Source of the DNA: an uncultured virus (IMG/VR IMGVR_UViG_3300024179_000001)
Lineage: Duplodnaviria; Heunggongvirae; Uroviricota; Caudoviricetes
Length of the DNA: 64,000 bases
Reading direction: 5' to 3' (one strand)
Virus record (IMG/VR): IMGVR_UViG_3300024179_000001
Of this stretch, positions 27,352 through 35,780 are shown one piece after another. The position numbers were made by a program, and so were the translations under genes. The notes beneath the pieces are model-generated. The model searched no databases. It had not been told where the DNA came from and was given only the letters and a program-made list of their open reading frames with translations. Numbering within the stretch: the stretch's first letter is position 1; each line of letters begins with the position of its first letter.

Positions 27352-28044
27352 ATGAGCCCGATGCGAGATCCGGCCACCGCTGACAGTTGCTTGGTTTATG
27401 TTGCGTGGTCCAAGAGAGGTACTTGCATCTACGTCGGCAGATCGTTTATCGGAATGCAGCGATTCAGGAAGCATGAGACGTTTGAAGAAAATCAGAAAAA
27501 TATCGAAGTCCTTGAACTGAACTGGTGCACAAATCGACAGGAGGCAATTGATCTCGAGAAGCGGTTGATCAGGGAATACAAGCCGAGGGCGAATAAAATT
27601 AAGTACACCGCAGGTCAGATGACCCCGAGGAGAAAGTTCAGGATTGATCACTTGAAAACCTATCTCTTGAAGCTGGACGACGATGTTTACGAAAAATGGA
27701 AACGAGCGGCTGATCAAGATGACATGAAGCTTGCTGAGTGGATCCGCTCTCAGTGCCAGAGACAAATATCTTCCCCGGCCCGGGAAGCGAAGGTGAGAAA
27801 TGGTAAGCGTGCAGACAATCGTGCGGCGCCTCCCCCACGGATGGGAAACCCTGCTCGAAGTAAACGGCGTGATCGGGCGCGCAGAGGAAGTCCTGTGCCT
27901 CGAGGAGAAGCCGGCGCCCCCGAAACCGATAGCAAACGAGAAGCTGCGGGTATTGCGTTCTCGACCGGAACGATGCATCGATGTGACAGTCCGACCTGCC
28001 GAATTTGCAAATTCCGTCGAGATGTAAAGGCTTCGAGAAAATGA
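27352..28044 (+). CDS. GIY-YIG nuclease fused to an RHH-like segment
   Basis: LVYV..CIYVGRS..RF..H..A.DLEKRLIREYKPRAN; KTYLLKLDDDVYEKWKRAA..LAEWIR. Confidence 0.7.
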   Translation: MSPMRDPATADSCLVYVAWSKRGTCIYVGRSFIGMQRFRKHETFEENQKNIEVLELNWCTNRQEAIDLEKRLIREYKPRANKIKYTAGQMTPRRKFRIDHLKTYLLKLDDDVYEKWKRAADQDDMKLAEWIRSQCQRQISSPAREAKVRNGKRADNRAAPPPRMGNPARSKRRDRARRGSPVPRGEAGAPETDSKREAAGIAFSTGTMHRCDSPTCRICKFRRDVKASRK

Positions 28045-28247
28045 ACCAGGTCGTCCAGCCCGATCGGTGCCGCGTCTGTGGATGTACGCTGGCTAACGCC
28101 TGCGTGCTTCAAGTTGGTCCCGAAGAAACGATGCCCTGCCGCTGGTACGATTTCGACCACACCCTTTGCACGAATCCCCGCTGCGTAGGGTCTATTCCGC
28201 TCGTTGAACTCGAGCAGATGCCTTTGATGCGACTAAGTCTGCCGTGA
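28041..28247 (+). CDS. Cys-rich small protein
   Basis: CRVCGCT..AC..PCRW..LCT..C. Confidence 0.6.
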   Translation: MNQVVQPDRCRVCGCTLANACVLQVGPEETMPCRWYDFDHTLCTNPRCVGSIPLVELEQMPLMRLSLP

Positions 28248-28714
28248 CCCGATTTTGTGCGTTTGATTTATGCGCGAAAGAGTACACTCCCGAACGAAAC
28301 AACCGCGGCCGGCAACGCTATTGCTCGCACAAATGCCGGCACAACGCCTGGTGGCGCGATCACCGCAAACGCCACAACCGAACGAGCAGCAAGTCGATGC
28401 GCCGATATTACCGGAAGCAAACGCCAAAGGAGCGTGCGGCTAGGGCGAAGAAGGTCCACGCCTATTACCTGGCCAACCGGGAGCGGCTGTTGGAAGCAAG
28501 GCGAGACTACTGGGAAATGAAAGGAAAGAAATGGCTATCACAAAAGCAAACCTCGAAAACTGGTTCACCTACCACAGCCCGACCCCGGAGCAATTCCCGA
28601 AATACAAAGCGATCCGCGAAGCAGCCCTCAAGTTCGCCGAAACGATCATCGAGAACACGCCGCCAAGCGCCGACCAGACGGCCGCGGTCCGCAAGGTCCG
28701 CGAAGCAACGATGA
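28244..28714 (+). CDS. basic zinc-finger DNA-binding protein
   Basis: C..CAKEY...QRYCSHKCR; C-terminus overlaps the next gene. Confidence 0.5.
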   Translation: MTRFCAFDLCAKEYTPERNNRGRQRYCSHKCRHNAWWRDHRKRHNRTSSKSMRRYYRKQTPKERAARAKKVHAYYLANRERLLEARRDYWEMKGKKWLSQKQTSKTGSPTTARPRSNSRNTKRSAKQPSSSPKRSSRTRRQAPTRRPRSARSAKQR

Positions 28715-28749
28715 CAGCCAATCAGTCGATCGCGTGCAACGGCGAATGA
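28531..28749 (+). CDS. Acb2/Tad1-hairpin family protein (anti-CBASS sponge candidate)
   Basis: NWFTYHSP..EQ..KYKAIREAA..FA...P.SADQTAAVRKVREATMTANQSIA; AAAGGA SD. Confidence 0.65.
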   Translation: MAITKANLENWFTYHSPTPEQFPKYKAIREAALKFAETIIENTPPSADQTAAVRKVREATMTANQSIACNGE

Positions 28750-28834
28750 CTCGGCGGCAGAGTTTGATATTCACGCTGGCCTGGATTGCCCTACTGGCCG
28801 CGTGTTTGCTGTTGGTCTATAGCGAGGCGCACAG

Positions 28835-29206
28835 ATGACGGCAGGACACTTTAACGGATGGATCGCAGTCGATTTCGACGGGACGCTCGTCGAGTACGAT
28901 AAATGGGTGAGCGCCACAAATATCGGTGCACCGATTCAACCGATGGTGGACCGCGTGAAGCTGTGGCTCTCGGAAGGGAAAGACGTCCGTATCTTCACAG
29001 CCCGGGTCTACGCGCCCACGGACGACTACGTGCGCCAGGACGACGCTGCTCGGGCTTTGCTGGCTATCCAAGACTGGTGTTTCGCCATGTTTCAGCGCGT
29101 CCTACCTGTGACCTGCGTGAAAGATTTCGGAATGATCGAACTATGGGACGACCGCTGCGTTCAACTCGAGCGGAACACTGGAGTTCGAGTGGACGGAGGC
29201 GAGTGA
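28835..29206 (+). CDS. HAD-superfamily phosphatase (PNK phosphatase-like)
   Basis: IAVDFDGTL, IFTAR, K...LWDDR. Confidence 0.8.
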   Translation: MTAGHFNGWIAVDFDGTLVEYDKWVSATNIGAPIQPMVDRVKLWLSEGKDVRIFTARVYAPTDDYVRQDDAARALLAIQDWCFAMFQRVLPVTCVKDFGMIELWDDRCVQLERNTGVRVDGGE

Positions 29207-29580
29207 TGAAATTCCGCAAATTGCCAGTGGTGATCGAGGCCACACAGTGGTTCAAGAACGGCGACCATCCGCTCGACTATTCCAAAGACCACCAGGGGTT
29301 CGAAGGTGGGGAGATACGAACGTTCACCGCGGTCGAGCGAAAAGAGCGTGGATGGGAAGGCGACATTGTCCGCTACTTCCGGCGACCGGACATTGCCGAC
29401 AACAGTCGGTGCAAGCACTGCGACAATGCGATGCACGATCACGGATGGATCGACACGAAGGAAGGCGGCCACATCGTCTGCCCGGGCGACTGGATAATCA
29501 CTGGCGTGGCTGGCGAAAATTATCCGTGCAAGCCGGACATTTTTGCGAGAACCTACGAGCCAGCAGAGGAGGGAACATGA
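29206..29580 (+). CDS. conserved phage protein, Acb4-like sponge candidate
   Basis: MKFRKLPVVIEATQW...TKEG...PGDWIITGVAGENYPCKPDIFARTYE. Confidence 0.55.
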   Translation: MKFRKLPVVIEATQWFKNGDHPLDYSKDHQGFEGGEIRTFTAVERKERGWEGDIVRYFRRPDIADNSRCKHCDNAMHDHGWIDTKEGGHIVCPGDWIITGVAGENYPCKPDIFARTYEPAEEGT

Positions 29581-30155
29581 GAAGAATTCTTCGAGTGGTG
29601 TTCCTGATTGGTTTGACGCTTACGGCCTCGGCCGCGATGGCGCAGAAGGTTGTGACGAAACAGCAGGTGGCCACATCGGCCTCTCTGGCAACCACACATC
29701 AAGCGGTGCTGACTTGGGTAAATCCCAACACCTGCACCGATGGAACGCCATGCACGCCCGTGGCGATCACTGTCTACAAAGTAGTGGGAACATGCGCGGC
29801 GCCGACAACTCAATTCACGAAGCTCGCGTCTCTCGCCGGGACAGCGAAGACGTACACGGATACTGGACTCGCGCCGGCGACGACGTACTGCTACTACGTC
29901 ACTGCATCACTGGCTTTGCCACCTGCGTGGGATTCGACAGTCACCTACACTGGCGGTCAAACCGTTTCGTACAACGGTGCTGCTTATGTGGCGCTGAACA
30001 ACGCGAATCCAAATTTGAACCAGCCACCTTCGACGTCGACGACATTTTGGGCACTAAGCCCGGTTGAATCGTCTCCATCGAACACTGCAGGCGGTTCGAC
30101 GTCGACCACAGGGCCACCGAATGCGCCGCAAAACCTCACCATTACCGTGCAGTAA
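29577..30155 (+). CDS. secreted FN3 protein with inserted CBM5/12-like module
   Basis: Signal peptide; YTDTGLAPATTYCYYVTA; AWDSTVTYTGGQTVSYNGAAYVA. Confidence 0.7.
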   Translation: MRRILRVVFLIGLTLTASAAMAQKVVTKQQVATSASLATTHQAVLTWVNPNTCTDGTPCTPVAITVYKVVGTCAAPTTQFTKLASLAGTAKTYTDTGLAPATTYCYYVTASLALPPAWDSTVTYTGGQTVSYNGAAYVALNNANPNLNQPPSTSTTFWALSPVESSPSNTAGGSTSTTGPPNAPQNLTITVQ

Positions 30156-30163
30156 AGGAAGCC

Positions 30164-30430
30164 ATGATCTATTTCAATACCAGCGACGAAAAGCACGTTC
30201 TCATCATCGACCTCGAGGCCCTCGATCTCCTGCGTCAAGGGAACGCGGTTATTTCTCCGGACGGTCTGGTCTTCGTCGCCATCTCTGTTGATGAGAGCTG
30301 GACGGCCCAGCAGTTCCAGAAAGAATTCACGACTGGAGATAAGAAGCTCACCGCCGAACGAATGAAAGCGATCCTCGCCGAAGGTTTGTTGCGTCCCGAT
30401 CCGCGAAAGAAGCCTAATGAAGAACGCTAA
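30164..30430 (+). CDS. hypothetical protein
   Basis: AAGGA SD. Confidence 0.55.
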   Translation: MIYFNTSDEKHVLIIDLEALDLLRQGNAVISPDGLVFVAISVDESWTAQQFQKEFTTGDKKLTAERMKAILAEGLLRPDPRKKPNEER

Positions 30431-31025
30431 AGGCGATCCGATCTACAAGCACATCGAGTTCAAAGTGTTTGTGGGTGGGAAAATATTCCCGATCAAGTTC
30501 ACTGCGAATCCCGGGAAGATGTTCAATCAAGCGAACATCGATCACGAGCTCGAGCGCGTCGCCGCGTACATCGAGGAAAAGTTTCCGAATCTCGAGTTTC
30601 GGATGGTGGAATTGCTCCCGAACCGATTCAACTTCATAGCGGTTGGGCAGCGAGGAAAGGTAAAAGATGAAAGCACGCAAGACAACAGAGAGACCGCCAA
30701 CAATACGGAAGATGTGGCAAGTGTTGATGGAGGTGGCCAAAAAAGCGAACGATCAAGCGAACGAGATATATGTCCTGCAGAACAATCTGCCGGGGAATCG
30801 AGATCGAGTGGTCAGCAACCAGATGACAGCGGCTACGGAAAGCGAGCCGAAGACGTCGTCGATGCAGACCGTGGAGAGGCGAGTATGCCATGTGAACGGC
30901 CATCAGATCTGCCAAATCGACAGACAAGTGCCGAACACGGAGCTCGCGGATCCATCGAAAGCGTTTCACCGCACGACGATCACGAAGCAGGAACTGATCT
31001 GCCTGCACTGCGGCATGACGCTTGA
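30417..31025 (+). CDS. hypothetical protein; globular N-terminus, C-terminus overlaps next gene
   Basis: Folded-looking first ~80 aa. Confidence 0.5.
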   Translation: MKNAKGDPIYKHIEFKVFVGGKIFPIKFTANPGKMFNQANIDHELERVAAYIEEKFPNLEFRMVELLPNRFNFIAVGQRGKVKDESTQDNRETANNTEDVASVDGGGQKSERSSERDICPAEQSAGESRSSGQQPDDSGYGKRAEDVVDADRGEASMPCERPSDLPNRQTSAEHGARGSIESVSPHDDHEAGTDLPALRHDA

Positions 31026-31047
31026 AGAAATTCGCACGGCGAAGTAG
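30667..31047 (+). CDS. hypothetical Zn-binding protein
   Basis: AAAGG SD; C..GH...CLHCG. Confidence 0.5.
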   Translation: MKARKTTERPPTIRKMWQVLMEVAKKANDQANEIYVLQNNLPGNRDRVVSNQMTAATESEPKTSSMQTVERRVCHVNGHQICQIDRQVPNTELADPSKAFHRTTITKQELICLHCGMTLEEIRTAK

Positions 31048-31185
31048 ACTCCCCTGCAGGTGTGCTGGATGTGAAAGTCCGGAGGCTGTTGACCTGGGAG
31101 GGAAGGCAGCCTCTGGCGCATTGCGGAAAAGCGGTACCGCGAAAATCAGCCGAGACAAGCAGCGCGGCAAATCCAAGAGGACAAT

Positions 31186-31440
31186 ATGGCTGATGTCATC
31201 GGCAAATTCCGCGTCGATTCAGTTGAGAACTTTTTCCATCCACCGAAGTCGCACAGCGTGAAGCTCTCGGCCGTGTACCCGTCGAAAGATGATGTGGCGA
31301 ACATGGAAGAGAATAAGCGTTTTTCAGAAGCGACACCGAGTGGACAGATCACCATGTACATCTCGAATCCGGCAGTCTACGGCACGTTCGTTCCCGGTGA
31401 TGAGTTCTACGTGGAGTTCACAAAGAAATTGAAGGTCTAA
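31186..31440 (+). CDS. conserved small phage protein
   Basis: GAGG SD; KFRV...EENKRFSEATPSGQI...NP...PGDEFYVEFT. Confidence 0.75.
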   Translation: MADVIGKFRVDSVENFFHPPKSHSVKLSAVYPSKDDVANMEENKRFSEATPSGQITMYISNPAVYGTFVPGDEFYVEFTKKLKV

Positions 31441-31457
31441 CCCATACAACCGCGAAA

Positions 31458-31603
31458 GGCAACACGGCGGCAGCGACGATGCAGATGAAGCACAGGGATG
31501 GCGCGAAGGGCAAGCCGTGTAGACGGCGCGAGACCGGAGCCGAAAACTCCAATCCATCTCCGAGAGCGGATGCGTAGTACGTCGGGCTCGCCACCGTGTT
31601 GCC
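31458..31603 (+). ncRNA. candidate structured RNA upstream of terL
   Basis: GGCAACACGGCGGC / GCCACCGTGTTGCC closing stem plus nested helices. Confidence 0.45.
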
Positions 31604-31626
31604 ACTTTTAGTGATAACCTCTCTCC

Positions 31627-33279
31627 GTGGCCACTGCAGTTCAAGATCCTAATCGAACACTAAAGATCTCCGACTTTTACAAACCTTGGGAGAAGCAGGA
31701 ACTCTTCCACTGTCTTCCGGCGAAGCATCGTCTGCAGGTTGGCGGATTCGGATCTGCGAAATCACGCGCACTGCTGATGGAAGGAATTGCGTGCCTCACC
31801 GACTGCCCCGGCGCCAACGGCATCATTCTCCGCAAGACCATCCCTGATCTGAAGCGCACCGTCATCGACAAGTTTGAAGTGGACGTCCCTAAGGCTTTCT
31901 ACGAAAAAGGATCGCAGGAGAAAGGCACGTTCAACAAGAGCGATCACATCGTGTACTTTCCGCCTGTCTGGTGTGACGACTATGATCCTGAAAGCGGACA
32001 AATAATTTACGAAGACGCAGAGAAGAAAAAGCCGAAGCGCGTGCTGCGGCAGAGCAAGCTTTACTTCGGTGCCTGCGAGCGGATCGAGGACGTCGGCAAA
32101 TATCTGTCGACCGAATTTCTCTTCGTGGGTTTCGAGGAGCTCGGCGAGTTCCCTTACCTGATCTATGACGCGATGGAAGGACGTAACCGCTGCACGATAC
32201 CAGGCGCTCGGCCGTGCATGGCCTCGGCGACAAACCCCATGGGCGTTGGTTGGGGCTGGATCAAGAAGCTGTGGATCGAGAAGAAACCTGTTCACGGAAT
32301 GGATCCGGAGAAATACAACCCCGACGACTATCAGTACGTGCATTCAACTGTCGACGACAATCCGATCCTGATCAGGGACAAGAAGTACGTCGAGTCACTC
32401 GAGAAATCTCCACTGCGTGAGAAGATCCGCTGGGGCAACATCGAGACAGTCAGCGGCCAGTATTTCGACAACTGGGAAGAGAATGCGCGTGTGCTGCCGG
32501 CGTCGAAGTTCATCTTCGAGCGGTGGCAGCCTGTGTGGGTTGGCTGGGACTATGGCTTCGGCCACTTTGCAGTGATCACGTTCTGGACGAAGGCGATCCT
32601 GAAGCCGCGCTTTGAAAGCGAGAAGCCACGCATCGTGAACGTGACGCTTTACGAGATCGTGCTGCACGAGAACACACCAAAGCAGCAGACGGAAGCTTTG
32701 ATCGCCTCAATCCCCCGTGTGAAGAACGAAGACGACGGAACAGAAGGCTACGCGTGGGACATCGATTCGATCCACCTGTCGTGGGAGCGTTTCAATCGCA
32801 CAGTCGAGAATAGAACGGTTGCTGACGAGATTGGCGATCTTCTGTCAGCCGCTGGATTGCCCCGGCCGACTCGCAGCAACAATGATCGTGTAGCTGGCTG
32901 GACCGAGATGTACGAAATGATCGACAGCGACGAGTGGTTCCTGATCGAGGGTGCCTGCCAGACGGTGGCGGAAGCGATGCCGCTACTTGTGCGCGGTGAT
33001 GGCATCACTGTTTCGGCTGAAGATGTCGTGAAGCCGAAGGGCGTAAGTTTAACGGATGACTGTGGCGATTCCCTGCGATATGCTGTTGCTGGATTTCTTT
33101 TGGAAGCCAACGAGAAACCACGTAACCAACTTCTTCGGGAAAAACTCGCTGGCATCAAAGACCCAATGCAACGCCACATAGCTGCATTCCGTGAATGGAA
33201 CAAAGAACAAGCCGAAAATCGAAAACCACAAGGCCCCGGTAAAATCATTCCGTCATGGCAAAGGCGAATAAGGCCGTAA
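31627..33279 (+). CDS. terL: terminase large subunit
   Basis: QELFH, Walker A GGFGSAKS, Walker B VGFEEL, ATNP, GWDYGFGH and DDCGDSLRY. Confidence 0.92.
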   Translation: MATAVQDPNRTLKISDFYKPWEKQELFHCLPAKHRLQVGGFGSAKSRALLMEGIACLTDCPGANGIILRKTIPDLKRTVIDKFEVDVPKAFYEKGSQEKGTFNKSDHIVYFPPVWCDDYDPESGQIIYEDAEKKKPKRVLRQSKLYFGACERIEDVGKYLSTEFLFVGFEELGEFPYLIYDAMEGRNRCTIPGARPCMASATNPMGVGWGWIKKLWIEKKPVHGMDPEKYNPDDYQYVHSTVDDNPILIRDKKYVESLEKSPLREKIRWGNIETVSGQYFDNWEENARVLPASKFIFERWQPVWVGWDYGFGHFAVITFWTKAILKPRFESEKPRIVNVTLYEIVLHENTPKQQTEALIASIPRVKNEDDGTEGYAWDIDSIHLSWERFNRTVENRTVADEIGDLLSAAGLPRPTRSNNDRVAGWTEMYEMIDSDEWFLIEGACQTVAEAMPLLVRGDGITVSAEDVVKPKGVSLTDDCGDSLRYAVAGFLLEANEKPRNQLLREKLAGIKDPMQRHIAAFREWNKEQAENRKPQGPGKIIPSWQRRIRP

Positions 33280-33282
33280 AAG

Positions 33283-33690
33283 ATGACCTTCCAAGTAGGA
33301 CACCAGCTTAGAAAAGTCCACGGACATACTTCCGGCAGTGGGAAGAACGCGAGAGTAAGCAGGACGTACCAATCTTGGCACTGCATGAAATTGCGTTGCC
33401 TTCGTTCCTACCACAAACACTTCAAGGACTACGGTGGACGCGGAATAAAAATTTGTCGAAGATGGATGAGCTTTGCCAATTTCCTCGCCGACATGGGAGT
33501 GCGCCCAGCAGGAAAAACGCTCGACCGTTGGCCCAACAGAAACGGCAACTACACGCCACGAAATTGCCGATGGGCAACTCCTAAGCAGCAAGCCGAAGGC
33601 CGACGACCATTGCCGCCATTTTCACGCGAGCATCGTCAGCACATAAGCGAAGCAGCAAAACGTCGAGAGCAACGAAGGAAGAAAATATGA
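33283..33690 (+). CDS. HNH homing endonuclease-like protein
   Basis: YQSW..MK.RC..YGGRGIKIC.RW..F..FLADMG..TLDR...NGNY.P.NCRWAT. Confidence 0.85.
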   Translation: MTFQVGHQLRKVHGHTSGSGKNARVSRTYQSWHCMKLRCLRSYHKHFKDYGGRGIKICRRWMSFANFLADMGVRPAGKTLDRWPNRNGNYTPRNCRWATPKQQAEGRRPLPPFSREHRQHISEAAKRREQRRKKI

Positions 33691-34232
33691 GCTTCTTCGC
33701 AAATCTTTTCCGTAATCGTAGGGCCGAAGCGGCCGAGGCGAATGCCGAACGCATCGTGGCGCTGTGGAAAGAGCAGGTCTGCCGGCAGATCGAGATGGAA
33801 GCTCGATTGGTTGAAGCGCATCGTGTCCACGTCGCCGCGATCGAAGCGCTGAACCTCCAACTTCAGTATGAGTCCATGCGAGAGCGCACCGAATTGAAAA
33901 AGGCTCACGCCGACGAGCTGAAACGTGTTATAGAAGAGAAACAGAAATTGTGGGACGAGCTCACGAAAGTGAGATACGTCGAGACCCCAGCACTCCGGCA
34001 AGTGCAGGTGAACACAACGGAAGACAGCGCACCGCCGCCATCGCCGAAGTTAGAGACTCCAGTCGGCACTCCCTGGCAGCGAGTACAGCGATTCTACGCA
34101 GAGCAACAGGAAGCGGCAGCACGAACCCGTTTCACGAAGCCTGCGGAGGCTCCTGTAAAGGGAGAGACAAATGGCAATGATGGCGAAGGACGGGACTCGG
34201 CACCACTCGGCAAGCCGAGCTCGAATGCATGA
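33687..34232 (+). CDS. coiled-coil hypothetical protein
   Basis: ATGA coupling. Confidence 0.6.
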   Translation: MSFFANLFRNRRAEAAEANAERIVALWKEQVCRQIEMEARLVEAHRVHVAAIEALNLQLQYESMRERTELKKAHADELKRVIEEKQKLWDELTKVRYVETPALRQVQVNTTEDSAPPPSPKLETPVGTPWQRVQRFYAEQQEAAARTRFTKPAEAPVKGETNGNDGEGRDSAPLGKPSSNA

Positions 34233-34641
34233 TGAGTTGTCCACGAGCAAAGGATCCGCGACAGTAACACCGATGCGGACGCCCGGAGCTGGCGAGAAAG
34301 ATGGAGGTCAGGGCCCGAAACACCCGCAACCTTCAACGACTTCGATCACCGATCACGTCAACGAACACGGTCCAGCGCACGCGGTCCATCACGAGTTCGA
34401 CAAAGGCTCGAATCTTCACCACGTAAGTTCCTTCCACGGCGACGCAAAACCCGGAGAGAACGACCACCCGGGCGCGCACCACTCGCAGCACAAAACTCAC
34501 GCCGCCGCTCACCAGCACATGGGCAAATCCATGGGCCTCGATCACGAAGCCGAAGATCGTCCCGAAGAAGAGGGCGACGAGACTCCGGATTCGACAGAGG
34601 ATCAGGAAACCGGAAAGCACGCAATCCCCGGCCTCGCGTAA
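34171..34641 (+). CDS. His-rich protein
   Basis: GGAG SD; dense His tracts and acidic tail. Confidence 0.65.
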   Translation: MAMMAKDGTRHHSASRARMHDELSTSKGSATVTPMRTPGAGEKDGGQGPKHPQPSTTSITDHVNEHGPAHAVHHEFDKGSNLHHVSSFHGDAKPGENDHPGAHHSQHKTHAAAHQHMGKSMGLDHEAEDRPEEEGDETPDSTEDQETGKHAIPGLA

Positions 34642-34647
34642 ACCGCA

Positions 34648-35112
34648 ATGCCGTGGACCTACAAAATCGAAGCATGCCCTTCGTGCGGGAAGAAACGGAG
34701 AATCCAAACCTGCAGGAGTAGACGACTCTGCAAGGATTGCAGTAATGCGATAAATTCGCGCAGAGGTGCTGCCAGCAACCTGTTCAAGCACGGTGGAACA
34801 GGACGCACTGAGTTTGTTATTTGGTGCTCGATGCGTCAACGCTGTATGAATCCAAAGCATCCGGCCTACGCTGACTACGGTGGACGCGGGATCAGGATTT
34901 GTGAACGGTGGAACAAGTTCAAGAATTTCCTGAAAGACATGGGGCCGCGCCCCAAAGGCAAATCGCTGGACCGTCGAAATAATGACGGCGATTACACTCC
35001 GCGAAATTGCCGGTGGGCCACGCGATTCCAGCAAGCGAGAAATAGAAGGCCACGCCAGAAGTTAACATTGGAACGGTGGCTGGGGATGGTGGCCCATTCC
35101 ATGGACACCTAA
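34648..35112 (+). CDS. HNH homing endonuclease-like protein
   Basis: WCSMRQRC..YGGRGIRICERW..FLKDMG..SLDR.NNDGDYTPRNCRWAT. Confidence 0.85.
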   Translation: MPWTYKIEACPSCGKKRRIQTCRSRRLCKDCSNAINSRRGAASNLFKHGGTGRTEFVIWCSMRQRCMNPKHPAYADYGGRGIRICERWNKFKNFLKDMGPRPKGKSLDRRNNDGDYTPRNCRWATRFQQARNRRPRQKLTLERWLGMVAHSMDT

Positions 35113-35263
35113 GCAGTTCAGATTTCTGATGTCTTCAGGATCTCCGCTCACTGAAGCTCAGAAGGAGAAAGACAAGGCCGAGGCGCACGCGGATCCCTCG
35201 ATGGTTCATCGTAAAAAGGGATCGCGAATGGCCGAGGCCTTCAGGAAGGCACGCCGGGGATGA
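35096..35263 (+). CDS. 55-aa basic protein, probable ATT start
   Basis: (I/M)PWTPKQFRFLMSSGSPLTEAQKEK...; stop overlaps the next ATG. Confidence 0.55.
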   Translation: MPWTPKQFRFLMSSGSPLTEAQKEKDKAEAHADPSMVHRKKGSRMAEAFRKARRG

Positions 35264-35562
35264 GTGAGCTCTACGAATTCAACGCGAACGGAAGCTGGAT
35301 CTCTCCGCAGATGGGGCGTTACGTTCGCGAGCATGCACCGCTGGCTCACGAAGTGCGCGTCCATCCGATGCAGATGAGGAAACTCGTGCAGCTCTATCCT
35401 CCGGAGCCGCCGAAGAAGAATGCAGATGTCACGTTGTCGCAATTGGGTCACGTATTTGCAGGCCTGCACCTCACGCAGGATCAGTACATGCCGGACAGTG
35501 AAATGCGTTTCTACGACGCCTCGGGAGCGCTCGTCGCAAAGATAATCGGGCTGGAGCGGTAG
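35260..35562 (+). CDS. hypothetical protein
   Basis: Operon packing. Confidence 0.55.
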   Translation: MSELYEFNANGSWISPQMGRYVREHAPLAHEVRVHPMQMRKLVQLYPPEPPKKNADVTLSQLGHVFAGLHLTQDQYMPDSEMRFYDASGALVAKIIGLER

Positions 35563-35780
35563 TGATCAACGAGAAAGCGATCAAGGGCGAAGAAGGCACC
35601 GGATACGAAGGACCAGAAGGCGGCGCTTTTCGTTGCTCCAACTGCGAGTACTTCAACTCCACCACCGACGGCTGTCACCAAGAAGACATGAAGAAAAAAT
35701 CCAAGCGGGAGCGGTTGCCGAGTGGGGATGTCCTCGTTCAACCAGGCGGATGCTGCGAATACATCGACAGGAGGAAGTGA
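35562..35780 (+). CDS. HiPIP-like Cys-pattern small protein
   Basis: Y...CSNCEYF...C...VQPGGCC. Confidence 0.5.
   Translation: MINEKAIKGEEGTGYEGPEGGAFRCSNCEYFNSTTDGCHQEDMKKKSKRERLPSGDVLVQPGGCCEYIDRRK

Noticed and set aside
31738..31764. terL Walker A GGFGSAKS as a sign of inactivation
   Set aside because: Catalytic Lys-Ser, Walker B and nuclease acidic residues are intact; treated as a natural variant.
34648..35112. HNH as part of a group I intron
   Set aside because: No non-coding room for a ribozyme core on either side, and no P7-like elements seen.
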